Shown here piece by piece: positions 35,399-44,433 of a stretch of 44,433 bases of DNA. The stretch is from the IMG/VR virus record IMGVR_UViG_3300027976_000072, positions 1-44,433 of that record, one strand, 5' to 3'. The position numbers and the translations under genes were made by a program. The notes beneath the pieces are model-generated. The model worked only from the letters and a program-made list of their open reading frames with translations, was not told where the DNA came from and did no database searches. Every line of letters begins with the position of its first letter. Positions within the stretch are counted from its first letter, which is position 1. The DNA comes from a virus. Its lineage: Duplodnaviria; Caudoviricetes.

Positions 35399-38095
35399 AT
35401 GCCAGGTCCTAATTCCCAACCTTCTACTTATGAGTACAAACCTTTAGACTATAAAACTGGTCTAGAGCTTCGTATGTCTCTTCAAAATAAAATTGATACA
35501 ACAAAACAAAATGTCAAAGATGAAGAATTAAAAGCTTTAGAGGAAGTCCCAAAAAGTTTCTTAGACCCTACAGCAACAGAAGGTGAACAGCAAAGAATCT
35601 TAAATGATTACAAAGGAATAGCGGATCAAATAACTGATCAATATTCTTTGGAGGGAGTCACACAAAAAATACATGCTATGAAAAAAAGCTTGTATGCTAA
35701 CCCTGATAGAAATTATCTTGAAAATGCGGTAAAAGGAGAAGAAGTTGTTAGACTTTGGCAAGCACAAAACCCAAATGGGTACAGTCCTTTAGATAAAATG
35801 ACTATTGCTGAAAGAAAAGAAGCAGGTGTGAGCAATAAAGATTGGGTGAATGACAGAGTTGCAACTGTAGATATCAACAATGAAGCTTATACTATACATA
35901 GCAAAATACCTGAGTTTATGCAAAATGTATCCCGAGGTGATTACACTGAAGCACAAGTCACTACTGCTATATACGATCAGTATACAGCATATAAACTAGA
36001 TGCACAAAAAGCTCAAGAACAAGGAGACTTAGGAAAATTAAATGCTATAACCGCAGCGTATAATGCAGAACTCAACGGACAGGATTATGAACCTGTAGGG
36101 GATATGCAAATAATTCGTAAAAGCTTTATGCAATGGTTAGAAAATAATGTAGAAAACGGAGCTACAGATGTGGGAAAGTTTTTCCAACTGCAGGAAAAAT
36201 ATGGAGAAATTCCAAAAGGAACAAGTAAGAAAAATTACACTTCTGCTATGATGGAAGCTTTAGATGCATTAGGAAGAACCACCTCTACTTTAGAACTTTC
36301 AGAAGAGGGTAAAAAGAAAGCAGCAAAGGAAAAAGCAGAAGAAGATTCAGGTGTTACTATTCTCGGAGGAGAGGGAAACACTAATTTGCTGTATAGACAA
36401 ACTATAAAACAACTCCAAGCTACTGAAGCTGATGATAATGCTCCCCCTGCTGAAAAAAGAGTAGCTATAGAACAACTTGATAAAGTAAACGCAATTGTAG
36501 AAAATCTTAACAAAAGTAATTTCTTTGAAGGTATTAAAAATCCTAAAGTTAAAGAGGAGTTTATTGATGTAATACTTGCTAATCCAGATGTAACTGAAAT
36601 GACAAAATTTTGGGAAGCACTTTCAAGCTATGCTGGTCAAGATTTAGTAGATGCATTTGAAGGTTCAGCATATTTAGAAGCTAGAAATAGAAACCCTCTT
36701 TTAAGAGCTATTTTAGATACTCCTTATAGGGATCGTGAAGGAATTCTTTCTTATACTCGTGATAATTTCTTAGCTATGTTTCTAGGGATACCTGCTAAGT
36801 CTGGAGCTAAAGATGCAGATCCCGCTATAGGTTTAGACGGAGCTTTAAACAGAATTATTATCGCAACTAAAGCACCAAATGATGCAAGACGTATGCTTAT
36901 GGCGTATGGAACCAGTGTAGCAGCTGGACATGCTGATACAGCTGAAAAATTAAAACTTATAAAGAAGTATCAAGAGTTACCTTCTGAAGAGAGGGCTAAA
37001 GCATCTACAATAACAAGTACTCCTAGAATCTTTAGAATGTCTTTTGCTGAAAAAGCCGAAGCAAAACGAGAGCTTCTACTAGCAGAAATAAAAATGAGCA
37101 GCGCAATATTTATAACAACTGTAGATGGTGACAAAAGACAAAAAGCTCCAATTGATCCAGAAGAATCTCACGCTTTAGCTGGCCTTATTATGAAAGCAAA
37201 TTTAAAAGCAGCTAATTTTTATATTGCTAATGAAGATAGTGGACCAACATTTAATTTAGAAATTCTTAATAAGGATCTTTTTGAATTATTAGATGGAAAC
37301 AAGGCAGATAAGGATCAATTTTTAATGAAAGCTTTCAAACTTTCTGAAGACAATTTATCTGGGCAAACAGAAATATCTTTTGCGCTTAAATCTGATTCTG
37401 CTATGCTCGAAACGTATTTTGGAAATAGTCAAGATCCGGAAATGCAAAATGTATATGAAAACATGATGTATAATAATGCTGCTAATAGCACTATTAACCA
37501 AGTACATTATACTGGGGATGATGCAATAGATAACAACTATAATCTTAATATACAAAATAGTATGGCAACTGCTTCTCAAAGGTTAGGCAAAGAAGTAGGG
37601 TACTCTAAAAATATTAAAGTTGGGGATAGATCTCTTGGAGAAGAGACTAATATACACCTGGAAGAAAAAACAGTTCTTGGGGCATCTGGGGTAAAAGATT
37701 TCCACGGTACAGTCATAAGACTAGACGGAGAAGCAGTGACAGTAGGGCAACATTTCAATAGAACTGAACCTCTTTTATTAAAAGCCACTACTACAGAAGA
37801 ATTAAATGCAGTAGCGCCTGAATTTATGAGTATGGCTACACAACTAATGAAGTTTTTGCCAGAGGAAAGAGAAAAAAGAGAATTAGTAGAAGACTTAATT
37901 AAGTTCAAACAAAAACTAAAAAACTTTAGCGACCCTGGTTCAGCTTTAGATATTGAAAAGTTAAAGACTTATTATGATATTGTAGCAAAATTAAGAAAGT
38001 CCGTGGAATCTTCTAATATATCTCAAAAAGAATATATCTTTGGTAATTCTAAAGATGTTGCTTTCTACTTATCTGATTTATACGACACCGATTAA
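35399..38095 (+). CDS. Putative cargo/ejection protein, 898 aa
   Basis: Large helical protein between two cargo genes; YEYKPLD N-terminus. Confidence 0.7.
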   Translation: MPGPNSQPSTYEYKPLDYKTGLELRMSLQNKIDTTKQNVKDEELKALEEVPKSFLDPTATEGEQQRILNDYKGIADQITDQYSLEGVTQKIHAMKKSLYANPDRNYLENAVKGEEVVRLWQAQNPNGYSPLDKMTIAERKEAGVSNKDWVNDRVATVDINNEAYTIHSKIPEFMQNVSRGDYTEAQVTTAIYDQYTAYKLDAQKAQEQGDLGKLNAITAAYNAELNGQDYEPVGDMQIIRKSFMQWLENNVENGATDVGKFFQLQEKYGEIPKGTSKKNYTSAMMEALDALGRTTSTLELSEEGKKKAAKEKAEEDSGVTILGGEGNTNLLYRQTIKQLQATEADDNAPPAEKRVAIEQLDKVNAIVENLNKSNFFEGIKNPKVKEEFIDVILANPDVTEMTKFWEALSSYAGQDLVDAFEGSAYLEARNRNPLLRAILDTPYRDREGILSYTRDNFLAMFLGIPAKSGAKDADPAIGLDGALNRIIIATKAPNDARRMLMAYGTSVAAGHADTAEKLKLIKKYQELPSEERAKASTITSTPRIFRMSFAEKAEAKRELLLAEIKMSSAIFITTVDGDKRQKAPIDPEESHALAGLIMKANLKAANFYIANEDSGPTFNLEILNKDLFELLDGNKADKDQFLMKAFKLSEDNLSGQTEISFALKSDSAMLETYFGNSQDPEMQNVYENMMYNNAANSTINQVHYTGDDAIDNNYNLNIQNSMATASQRLGKEVGYSKNIKVGDRSLGEETNIHLEEKTVLGASGVKDFHGTVIRLDGEAVTVGQHFNRTEPLLLKATTTEELNAVAPEFMSMATQLMKFLPEEREKRELVEDLIKFKQKLKNFSDPGSALDIEKLKTYYDIVAKLRKSVESSNISQKEYIFGNSKDVAFYLSDLYDTD

Positions 38096-38098
38096 TAT

Positions 38099-41000
38099 AT
38101 GCGGGACTTAGAAAAAATGATATCTAGTTTTGATGAACTAGAACCGCTTGAAAAAAAGTATACAGGTTCCCCCTCTTCAAAGAAAACTCCAGGAGAGGAA
38201 GAGGAAGAAGATGCTCCAAAAGTAAAAGAAAACCCTTTAGCTTTACTTTCTAGGTTAAAAAGAGAAGACCCTATAAGAGGAGAAATGGATCTTAGTAGTC
38301 TTCAAGGTTTTTCTAAGGGCCCAGAAGAAAGAGTAGGAAATGTCCTTGCTCCAAATGCAGATCCTTTTGAAGTAGCTGCTAGATCACAAAGCCTTGGGGA
38401 TAAGTGGTTTAATGGTATAACTAAAGCTGTTTTCAATACTGGTGTAACTTTAACTGGGTCTTTAGCAGCTATTCCACAAACAGTTTTTTACGGTTTAACT
38501 AATATTGCACAAGATACTCCTAAATATTTTGATGCATTATTTAACAGCGAAGGTGCTACAGATCTTACAAATAATCTGGAAAAAGTAGCAAAGGAAACAA
38601 TGTCTAGTTTTGTAGATGATATAAAAAATAACCCTATTGACACTTATACAGATAAGTTAACTGAAGGTATGCAACAAGGTCTTCCTAATTTGAAGACTAG
38701 AAGAGAAAGTGAAAATAGTCTTTGGCAATCTTTAGGAACTGCAAATTTTTGGGCAGATGATTTTGCTAATGGAGCTTCTTTTATTGCAGGAGTAATACTT
38801 TCTGAAATGGCTTTAAGTGCAATAACTGCTGTTACTTTGGGTGCTGGTGCACCTGCTCAAGCAATAGCAACTGCAAATTTTTTAAGAAAAAGCAAAAATA
38901 TTTTTAGGTCTGCTAAGAAAATGGAAGCAGTTACAGAGACTGCAAAGTTGATGCGTACTGCTAACAATTTGAATTACAGAGGGAGAATAATGAGGCAAAT
39001 TGTTTCAGGTTCTTTCTACGAAGCTTCCTTTGAAGCTAGGCATGCACAAAATGAAATGTTGAAAGCAGCTGTAGAAGAAGCGCAACTTGAAAATCCTGGA
39101 GCTACAGAAAAAGATATTGACAAGGAAACTTTAAAAAACATCAGAGATGCATCTAATGTTCTTTGGGCTGGAAACGTAGCACTAGTTAGTTTCTCTAACT
39201 TTACTGCTTTTGGTAAGACTTTTAAACTTGAAGGGCGTACTGCAGAAAGAGCCATTCAAAGAAAACTAATTGAAGAAGGAAAAGATAAAACTTGGAAACA
39301 AGTTGAAAAAAGCACTTTAGAAAAAGTGGGCTTAATAGGAAAGACTTGGACTAAAGGAGCTATCGCAGAAGGTTTTATTGAAGAAGGTGGACAGAGTTTG
39401 ATGGCTACTATGGCTGCTAACTATGTAGACCAAGCAAGAGACCCAGAGTATCTTGTAAAACCCTATGATATCATAGGGGAGTTTGCAAAAGCTTTCCAAG
39501 AAAAAAGGGGTGACCCAGAATTTCACAAAGAAATTTTTATAGGTTCTCTATTAGGTATGTTTGGGGGAGTTTTCTCTAGTCCAAAAAATGCTTTAAAAGA
39601 TAATCTCTTTACTCAAAGTGCAGATATTTGGAAAAACAGAAATCCAAAAATAGCAAGACAACTTGAAATTCTTAATAATACTAATGCTAATGAAGTCAAC
39701 AGAGCATCAATAAAAGCTAATGCAAGGCATACTTATCTTTCTAACAAAGCGTCAGAGCAATTAGCAGAAGGGGACCAATTTGGTTATCATGAGACCTCTG
39801 GTATGATGGATTTCAATTATTACTATACTCGGTATCAAATGGGTATGGATTCTGAAATAGCAAAAGATTTTGAAGACATAGGAAAACTCTCTGTTGAAGA
39901 GTTTAAACAAGAGTATCTTGCAGAAGAGACAGAATTAACAGAAGATGAAATAAGAGAAAAACAAAAAAGCTCCGTAGAAACTTCTTTGTTAAAAGCAGAG
40001 AGTTTTAAAAATGCTATAGAAACTATGGAAGATTTCTTTCCTGGGGAAGATAACTATCTAAAAGAAGGAGCTGCGTATCTTTTTTATAATCAAATAGATA
40101 CTTATAGAAGAGAAAGTAATATGTCTAGAGATATTCTAAATGCTATTCCGGAAGCAGGGGAAGAAGTTTTAGAATCTATGTTAAAAGGCCTTCCTATCCA
40201 AGAAATGGAAAAGGAGCATGCAGAAGTAGTTAAAAAAATCAGGAGGTACCAGAAAGAAATGCTACGAGTAACTCGTGCAAGAAATAAGAAAACAGGGGTC
40301 CCTTTAAATAAAACTTCTAAGGCAACCCCTCTTTATGAAGCTTCGCAAAAAGAAAAAGAATTGCATGCTGAGTTAATAGAAGAGCTAAAGCAAGACGAAT
40401 CTTTTTTAGAGTTGCTGAAAAATCATTCAGTGACTAAAAACATGTCTTCTGAGGAAGTTGTGGATTCTATTTTAGATCAATTATATATACAAGATTCTAT
40501 TGAACATAAGACTACTTTAAGTCTTACAAAGAGGGGAGATATTGTACGTATGGTCAATGATCTTTTTGCTGTTAGAAGCAAGAAGAAATTACTTGATGCT
40601 TTTGTAAATGGTTTAGCTTCTAAAGATGGGAATTTATTTAAGAAAAGTCCTAGGCTACAAGAATTTAAAAGTCTTATAGGTAAAAGAAGGGATAAAACTG
40701 ACCGTTACTTACAAGACTACTTTTTACAAAGAGCTGAAAACTCTGAAGCACTTTTAGATTCTGATCTTGCAGGGCTTGACCCTGCTTTAATACGTGCAGG
40801 AAGGCTTACTGCATCAAAAGCAGGACTTGTAAATAGAATAGGAGAACCTCTTTCTGAAGAAAATATAGATCCGGAATTAAAAGAAAAAGGCCCAATAAAT
40901 GAATTAGAGCAAAGAAGTGCTCAAGCTTTCACTCTTGATTATTTAGAAGCAATTACAAGTCTTATTAGATCTGCACAAAACCTTGATTCGGATGAGGCGA

Positions 41001-44000
41001 AAAAAACAGAGGAAGAAAAAACTGTAAGTGAATTAGCTGAAAAAAATAAAAAAACAAATCCTCCTAGTAGTGCAGGAGATCCTAAAGAAGCAGATTTCAA
41101 TAGCGAAGAAGAAATGTCTAATTTTGATTTTGATCCTGTTATGGGAGCAAAAACAATTCTTCGTAATGCCAGCACTTTTGAAAGGGCTAGTATGAAGATA
41201 GACAATATTTTTGTCTTAGATGAAAATAGAGATCCTATTGATTTAAAAGAAAAGTTTAAAGAGGGTACTCCAGGATGGCAAGAAAACAGAAATAAAAGTA
41301 AGGAGTTTATTTTCTACCGTGCTTTATATTCAATTTTTGAATTACAACAAGGTAATGCAACAGACCATGATCTTACAGATTCCAAAGGAAATAGAATTAA
41401 AGATTTAAAAGAAATTTTTTTTAGAACCCATGCTACTCCTGCTGAAGACATGTCTCCAGAACAAGTGGATGAACTCTTTATAAATCCATTTGAAGAAGAA
41501 GAAGAACTCGAAGAAACTGAAGAGGTTGAAGAAACTGAAGAGGTTGAATTAACCCCAGAAGAAAAGACTAAAAAGAATAAAATTGTTGTTGAAAAGGCAA
41601 ATAAAATTCTTATCCCAAAAAAGAAGCTTGTTGATAAGGAGCTTGCTAAGATTAAAAAAGGTCTAAAAAAGGGAGACACTATTACTGTTTTCAATGTACG
41701 TAAAGATGAAAATGATAATTCCGTATTTGTAGAAGAAGTCGTTGAAATTCTAGAATACTTCCTGCCTAAAGAATTAGGAGGAGAGCCTACTTATGAAAAT
41801 CGTTTTAAAGGGACAACAGAGGAAAGTGGTTTTGCATCCGCAAGTGAATTAGAAGATCACTTAACAAAAGCTTGGGAGGATTATGCTGAAGCTCTTGCAG
41901 ATCAAATTGAGAAGGAAGAAACTAGTAAAAAACCTTTACAAGTTAAGACAAATAGAATAAAGAAACAAAGAATAAAAGATCCTATTGTTTTAAGATTAGA
42001 AACCAAAGATGGTAAACCTGTATTAGTAAACGGTCAGCAAGTTACTTCTTGGATGCCAGAAGCTAGTTTTACTACAAAGACACCTGGAGAGCCTACATAT
42101 TTAAGATTTAATGTAAAGAAGTACTTTGCAAATAGAATGATTCCTTTTAGTTCAGCAGATCTTGTAGATGAAGATGGACTTGATAACTTAGACCGAAGGA
42201 TTGAAGAAGCCACTAAAAAAGACATTGTTCTTTTTGAGTTGAAAAAAGTTTTAAAAGCTTATAGGAATAAGAGAGAAAGCGCAAGAACTAAACAGCTGGA
42301 GTATCCCGCAGTATCTTTTGTGCTTAATCCTGGTAAACTAAGAAACAGAGATATTAATTCTCGTACTGAACTTCTTGACATTTTTGGAGGTTCAATGGAA
42401 GAACTGCAAAAAGGTATCAATGATGGAAGAGTTCATCTTCAATTTGTTGAGGGCCAAAAAAACAGTGTTGATGATACACTCATTAATAAAGAATATTTCT
42501 TTAGTAATTCTGATAAAGTTATAGGAGGACAAATAGCAGGATGGGCTGGGCAAGTTCATATTATAATCGATGGAATCTCTTATAAAATAGCTCCAAAAGA
42601 AATAGATGAAAGTGGTCGTAAAGATCTTTTTAATGTTATTGCAGCTGCAAATTCTGCTCTTGACTTAAGACTTAGAAAAGGAGCAGCAGAAAAACAAGAA
42701 GCCGCAAAAAAAAGAAGGGATAAAAGGAAAGATAAAAATAAAAAGGGGAAGAAGTCTTATTTCGCAAAAGATAAGGAAGACGAAAACTTTGAAGAAGTTT
42801 CAGAAGAATTAATTGAAGCGTTAGGTTTCCCTGAAGAAGTTATACTTCCTACAATTTCTAGGAAAAAAGGTGTTGTTAAACCTGGTAAAGTTACAATTTC
42901 AGATCACATCCGTGATATTGCAGGGATAACAATGGGTAATTTTAAAGATATGAGAGTCTATGTAGGAGATACTATGTTGACTGAAGAGCAAATAGAAGAC
43001 GAAGACGTCAGTTTAAAGGATGCTTATTTAAGTTTAAAGCCTGAAATTGTAAGTGCTATTGAAGAAAGAAACCTAGTTTACCTTACTACTAATCATTTAC
43101 ATAAACGTTTAAGGAGAATATACACAGACAGTTATTACTCAAAGCATTACATTTTTCACTATAGAGACCCAGATACTGGAAAATATACTCAAACTAGTTT
43201 TGCAGATTTAGTGCATAAAGGAAAAGACGGAAGTTTCACTCATGAAGACAAGCTACTTGAAAAGGTTCTTTCTGGTGCTAGGTATAGAATTCCAATTGAT
43301 AAAAAGAAAGGTATACACAGTGTCGTAAATAAAATGGGCGCTTATGACCGAGCAGAAGGAGCTTTCCAAGAAGAAGAAGTTCCACTTATGGACCACTTAT
43401 TTGGAGGAGAAAATACAAAAGCAGATATAGTAGGAACTCCAGAACCTTTTCAAAAAGAGAAGCCTAGTATAGACGATAGAATTACTTCTATGCAAATCCT
43501 TTCACCTTCAATACAATTATCTGCAGAAGGGACCATTGACCTTGGGCAAAAGAAAACTTCAAAAGATGACTCTGAAGATGATTCTGAAGATGATTCTGAA
43601 AATGAAGCTTTCAGTTTTGCAGACCCAGAGGCTGAAGAAAATGAAGAAACTACAGATGATATAGTTGAAAAAGAACCTGTTAAAAAAACAGCAAGAGGAA
43701 AGGGATTAAATATTCAAGCTGAAGAAGTAGTTCTTGAAGAAGAATCAAAAGGAAGACAAGTTAGAAAAAGACTTTCAAAAGAAGATGTAGAAAGAGTAAA
43801 AGATGGTAAAAAGCCAATATTTAGACTTTCAGAGGTAAGAGGTATTGATAATGTTCAAATACAGGCCATGATTCAATCAGGAGAAATTACTTTTACAGGT
43901 AAAGATAAAAAACCTTGTGCTAAAATGGGTATGAAGTCTGATAAATTTACTAAAGGTGGTTCTTGGGAAATGATTAAAGAGTTTAAAGGTGCTTCACATG

Positions 44001-44113
44001 AACGTGGAGGTATTGATATTGAAATAGGTAATAGTGGTATTAAGATGTCTGGAAAACAAGGTAAGTTTGAAGCTAAACATGGACTTGTGATTAATAAAAA
44101 ATCTTTAAGATGA
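38099..44113 (+). CDS. Giant cargo/ejection protein, 2004 aa
   Basis: N-terminal Gly/Ala hydrophobic segments, EASFEAR and EGFIEEGGQ motifs, charged helical body; position of the crAss virion-RNAP-associated giant genes; no DxDxD RNAP motif seen. Confidence 0.75.
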   Translation: MRDLEKMISSFDELEPLEKKYTGSPSSKKTPGEEEEEDAPKVKENPLALLSRLKREDPIRGEMDLSSLQGFSKGPEERVGNVLAPNADPFEVAARSQSLGDKWFNGITKAVFNTGVTLTGSLAAIPQTVFYGLTNIAQDTPKYFDALFNSEGATDLTNNLEKVAKETMSSFVDDIKNNPIDTYTDKLTEGMQQGLPNLKTRRESENSLWQSLGTANFWADDFANGASFIAGVILSEMALSAITAVTLGAGAPAQAIATANFLRKSKNIFRSAKKMEAVTETAKLMRTANNLNYRGRIMRQIVSGSFYEASFEARHAQNEMLKAAVEEAQLENPGATEKDIDKETLKNIRDASNVLWAGNVALVSFSNFTAFGKTFKLEGRTAERAIQRKLIEEGKDKTWKQVEKSTLEKVGLIGKTWTKGAIAEGFIEEGGQSLMATMAANYVDQARDPEYLVKPYDIIGEFAKAFQEKRGDPEFHKEIFIGSLLGMFGGVFSSPKNALKDNLFTQSADIWKNRNPKIARQLEILNNTNANEVNRASIKANARHTYLSNKASEQLAEGDQFGYHETSGMMDFNYYYTRYQMGMDSEIAKDFEDIGKLSVEEFKQEYLAEETELTEDEIREKQKSSVETSLLKAESFKNAIETMEDFFPGEDNYLKEGAAYLFYNQIDTYRRESNMSRDILNAIPEAGEEVLESMLKGLPIQEMEKEHAEVVKKIRRYQKEMLRVTRARNKKTGVPLNKTSKATPLYEASQKEKELHAELIEELKQDESFLELLKNHSVTKNMSSEEVVDSILDQLYIQDSIEHKTTLSLTKRGDIVRMVNDLFAVRSKKKLLDAFVNGLASKDGNLFKKSPRLQEFKSLIGKRRDKTDRYLQDYFLQRAENSEALLDSDLAGLDPALIRAGRLTASKAGLVNRIGEPLSEENIDPELKEKGPINELEQRSAQAFTLDYLEAITSLIRSAQNLDSDEAKKTEEEKTVSELAEKNKKTNPPSSAGDPKEADFNSEEEMSNFDFDPVMGAKTILRNASTFERASMKIDNIFVLDENRDPIDLKEKFKEGTPGWQENRNKSKEFIFYRALYSIFELQQGNATDHDLTDSKGNRIKDLKEIFFRTHATPAEDMSPEQVDELFINPFEEEEELEETEEVEETEEVELTPEEKTKKNKIVVEKANKILIPKKKLVDKELAKIKKGLKKGDTITVFNVRKDENDNSVFVEEVVEILEYFLPKELGGEPTYENRFKGTTEESGFASASELEDHLTKAWEDYAEALADQIEKEETSKKPLQVKTNRIKKQRIKDPIVLRLETKDGKPVLVNGQQVTSWMPEASFTTKTPGEPTYLRFNVKKYFANRMIPFSSADLVDEDGLDNLDRRIEEATKKDIVLFELKKVLKAYRNKRESARTKQLEYPAVSFVLNPGKLRNRDINSRTELLDIFGGSMEELQKGINDGRVHLQFVEGQKNSVDDTLINKEYFFSNSDKVIGGQIAGWAGQVHIIIDGISYKIAPKEIDESGRKDLFNVIAAANSALDLRLRKGAAEKQEAAKKRRDKRKDKNKKGKKSYFAKDKEDENFEEVSEELIEALGFPEEVILPTISRKKGVVKPGKVTISDHIRDIAGITMGNFKDMRVYVGDTMLTEEQIEDEDVSLKDAYLSLKPEIVSAIEERNLVYLTTNHLHKRLRRIYTDSYYSKHYIFHYRDPDTGKYTQTSFADLVHKGKDGSFTHEDKLLEKVLSGARYRIPIDKKKGIHSVVNKMGAYDRAEGAFQEEEVPLMDHLFGGENTKADIVGTPEPFQKEKPSIDDRITSMQILSPSIQLSAEGTIDLGQKKTSKDDSEDDSEDDSENEAFSFADPEAEENEETTDDIVEKEPVKKTARGKGLNIQAEEVVLEEESKGRQVRKRLSKEDVERVKDGKKPIFRLSEVRGIDNVQIQAMIQSGEITFTGKDKKPCAKMGMKSDKFTKGGSWEMIKEFKGASHERGGIDIEIGNSGIKMSGKQGKFEAKHGLVINKKSLR
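41493..41548 (+). repeat. Glu-rich tract with 18-bp tandem units (EETEEV)
   Basis: GAAGAAACTGAAGAGGTT repeated. Confidence 0.8.
43565..43600 (+). repeat. 12-bp tandem repeat x3 (DDSE)
   Basis: GATGA(C/T)TCTGAA three times. Confidence 0.85.
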
Positions 44114-44433
44114 AACAAGTAGAAGTAGAAGGCGGTGAAATTTCTTTAAAAAACTCACACGGTGATATAGTCATTATCCCAAAGAATAAAGCTAATTGGG
44201 TTAAACAAAAACTATCTGAAGGCTGTCATGTCTGTATAGATAGTTTAGTTGAGTCTCTACCAAGCATGAAAGACTATGCAGAAGATGGTACAGTTATACC
44301 AAAGGATAAAAAAGTTACTCAACAGAAGGAATATGATAGCGGTAATTTAACTACTTATGATGAAAATACGGATATTTATACTAGGGTTAAACCGTTAGAA
44401 GAGTTTACTATTACGGCAGAAGCTCCTCAATGG
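44110..44433 (+). CDS. 5' part of the next cargo-type gene (MKQVEVEGGEISLKNSHGD...), truncated by the window end
   Basis: ATGA overlap with 38099-44113; frame open to the end of the window by hand translation. Confidence 0.85.
   Translation, partial: MKQVEVEGGEISLKNSHGDIVIIPKNKANWVKQKLSEGCHVCIDSLVESLPSMKDYAEDGTVIPKDKKVTQQKEYDSGNLTTYDENTDIYTRVKPLEEFTITAEAPQW

Noticed and set aside
41113-41140. NFDFD as RNA polymerase catalytic motif
   Set aside because: Lacks the third Asp of DxDxD and sits in an acidic linker; the virion RNAP is probably outside the window
4674-44113. Stop-codon reassignment, known in some crAss-like phages
   Set aside because: Core genes are full length and tightly packed in the standard code; TGA is used as a stop in ATGA overlaps
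1-44433. tRNA genes
   Set aside because: No canonical cloverleaf noticed in the few intergenic gaps; tRNAscan-SE would be decisive

Overview
AT-rich fragment of a crAss-like (Crassvirales-type) phage that probably infects Bacteroidota, in the standard genetic code. A few small minus-strand genes (125-878) diverge from one long plus-strand late region: small ORFs, terminase large subunit, portal, scaffold-like protein, major capsid protein, ring/adaptor and auxiliary capsid proteins, a DUF285/BspA repeat protein, a lipoprotein, a high-GC lysis cassette, Cys-rich tail genes, the muzzle/stabilisation protein, and giant ejection (cargo) proteins that run off the right edge. Best leads: (1) a ~300-nt multi-junction structured RNA candidate (1051-1351) right behind a Bacteroidota-like -7 promoter box; (2) [FYLM]-[AGS]-x-G-G motifs bracketing the enzymatic modules of a cargo protein, with a GxSHE..GG..VExGE domain that is intact in one gene and split over an ATGA gene junction in another; (3) TonB-box-like motifs in cargo proteins; (4) an unannotated 43-aa ORF after the capsid gene whose C-terminus resembles the redox tail of ribonucleotide reductase; (5) an HU-like gene overprinted on another gene. 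All family calls come from motif recognition and synteny by eye; no database search or folding program was run.
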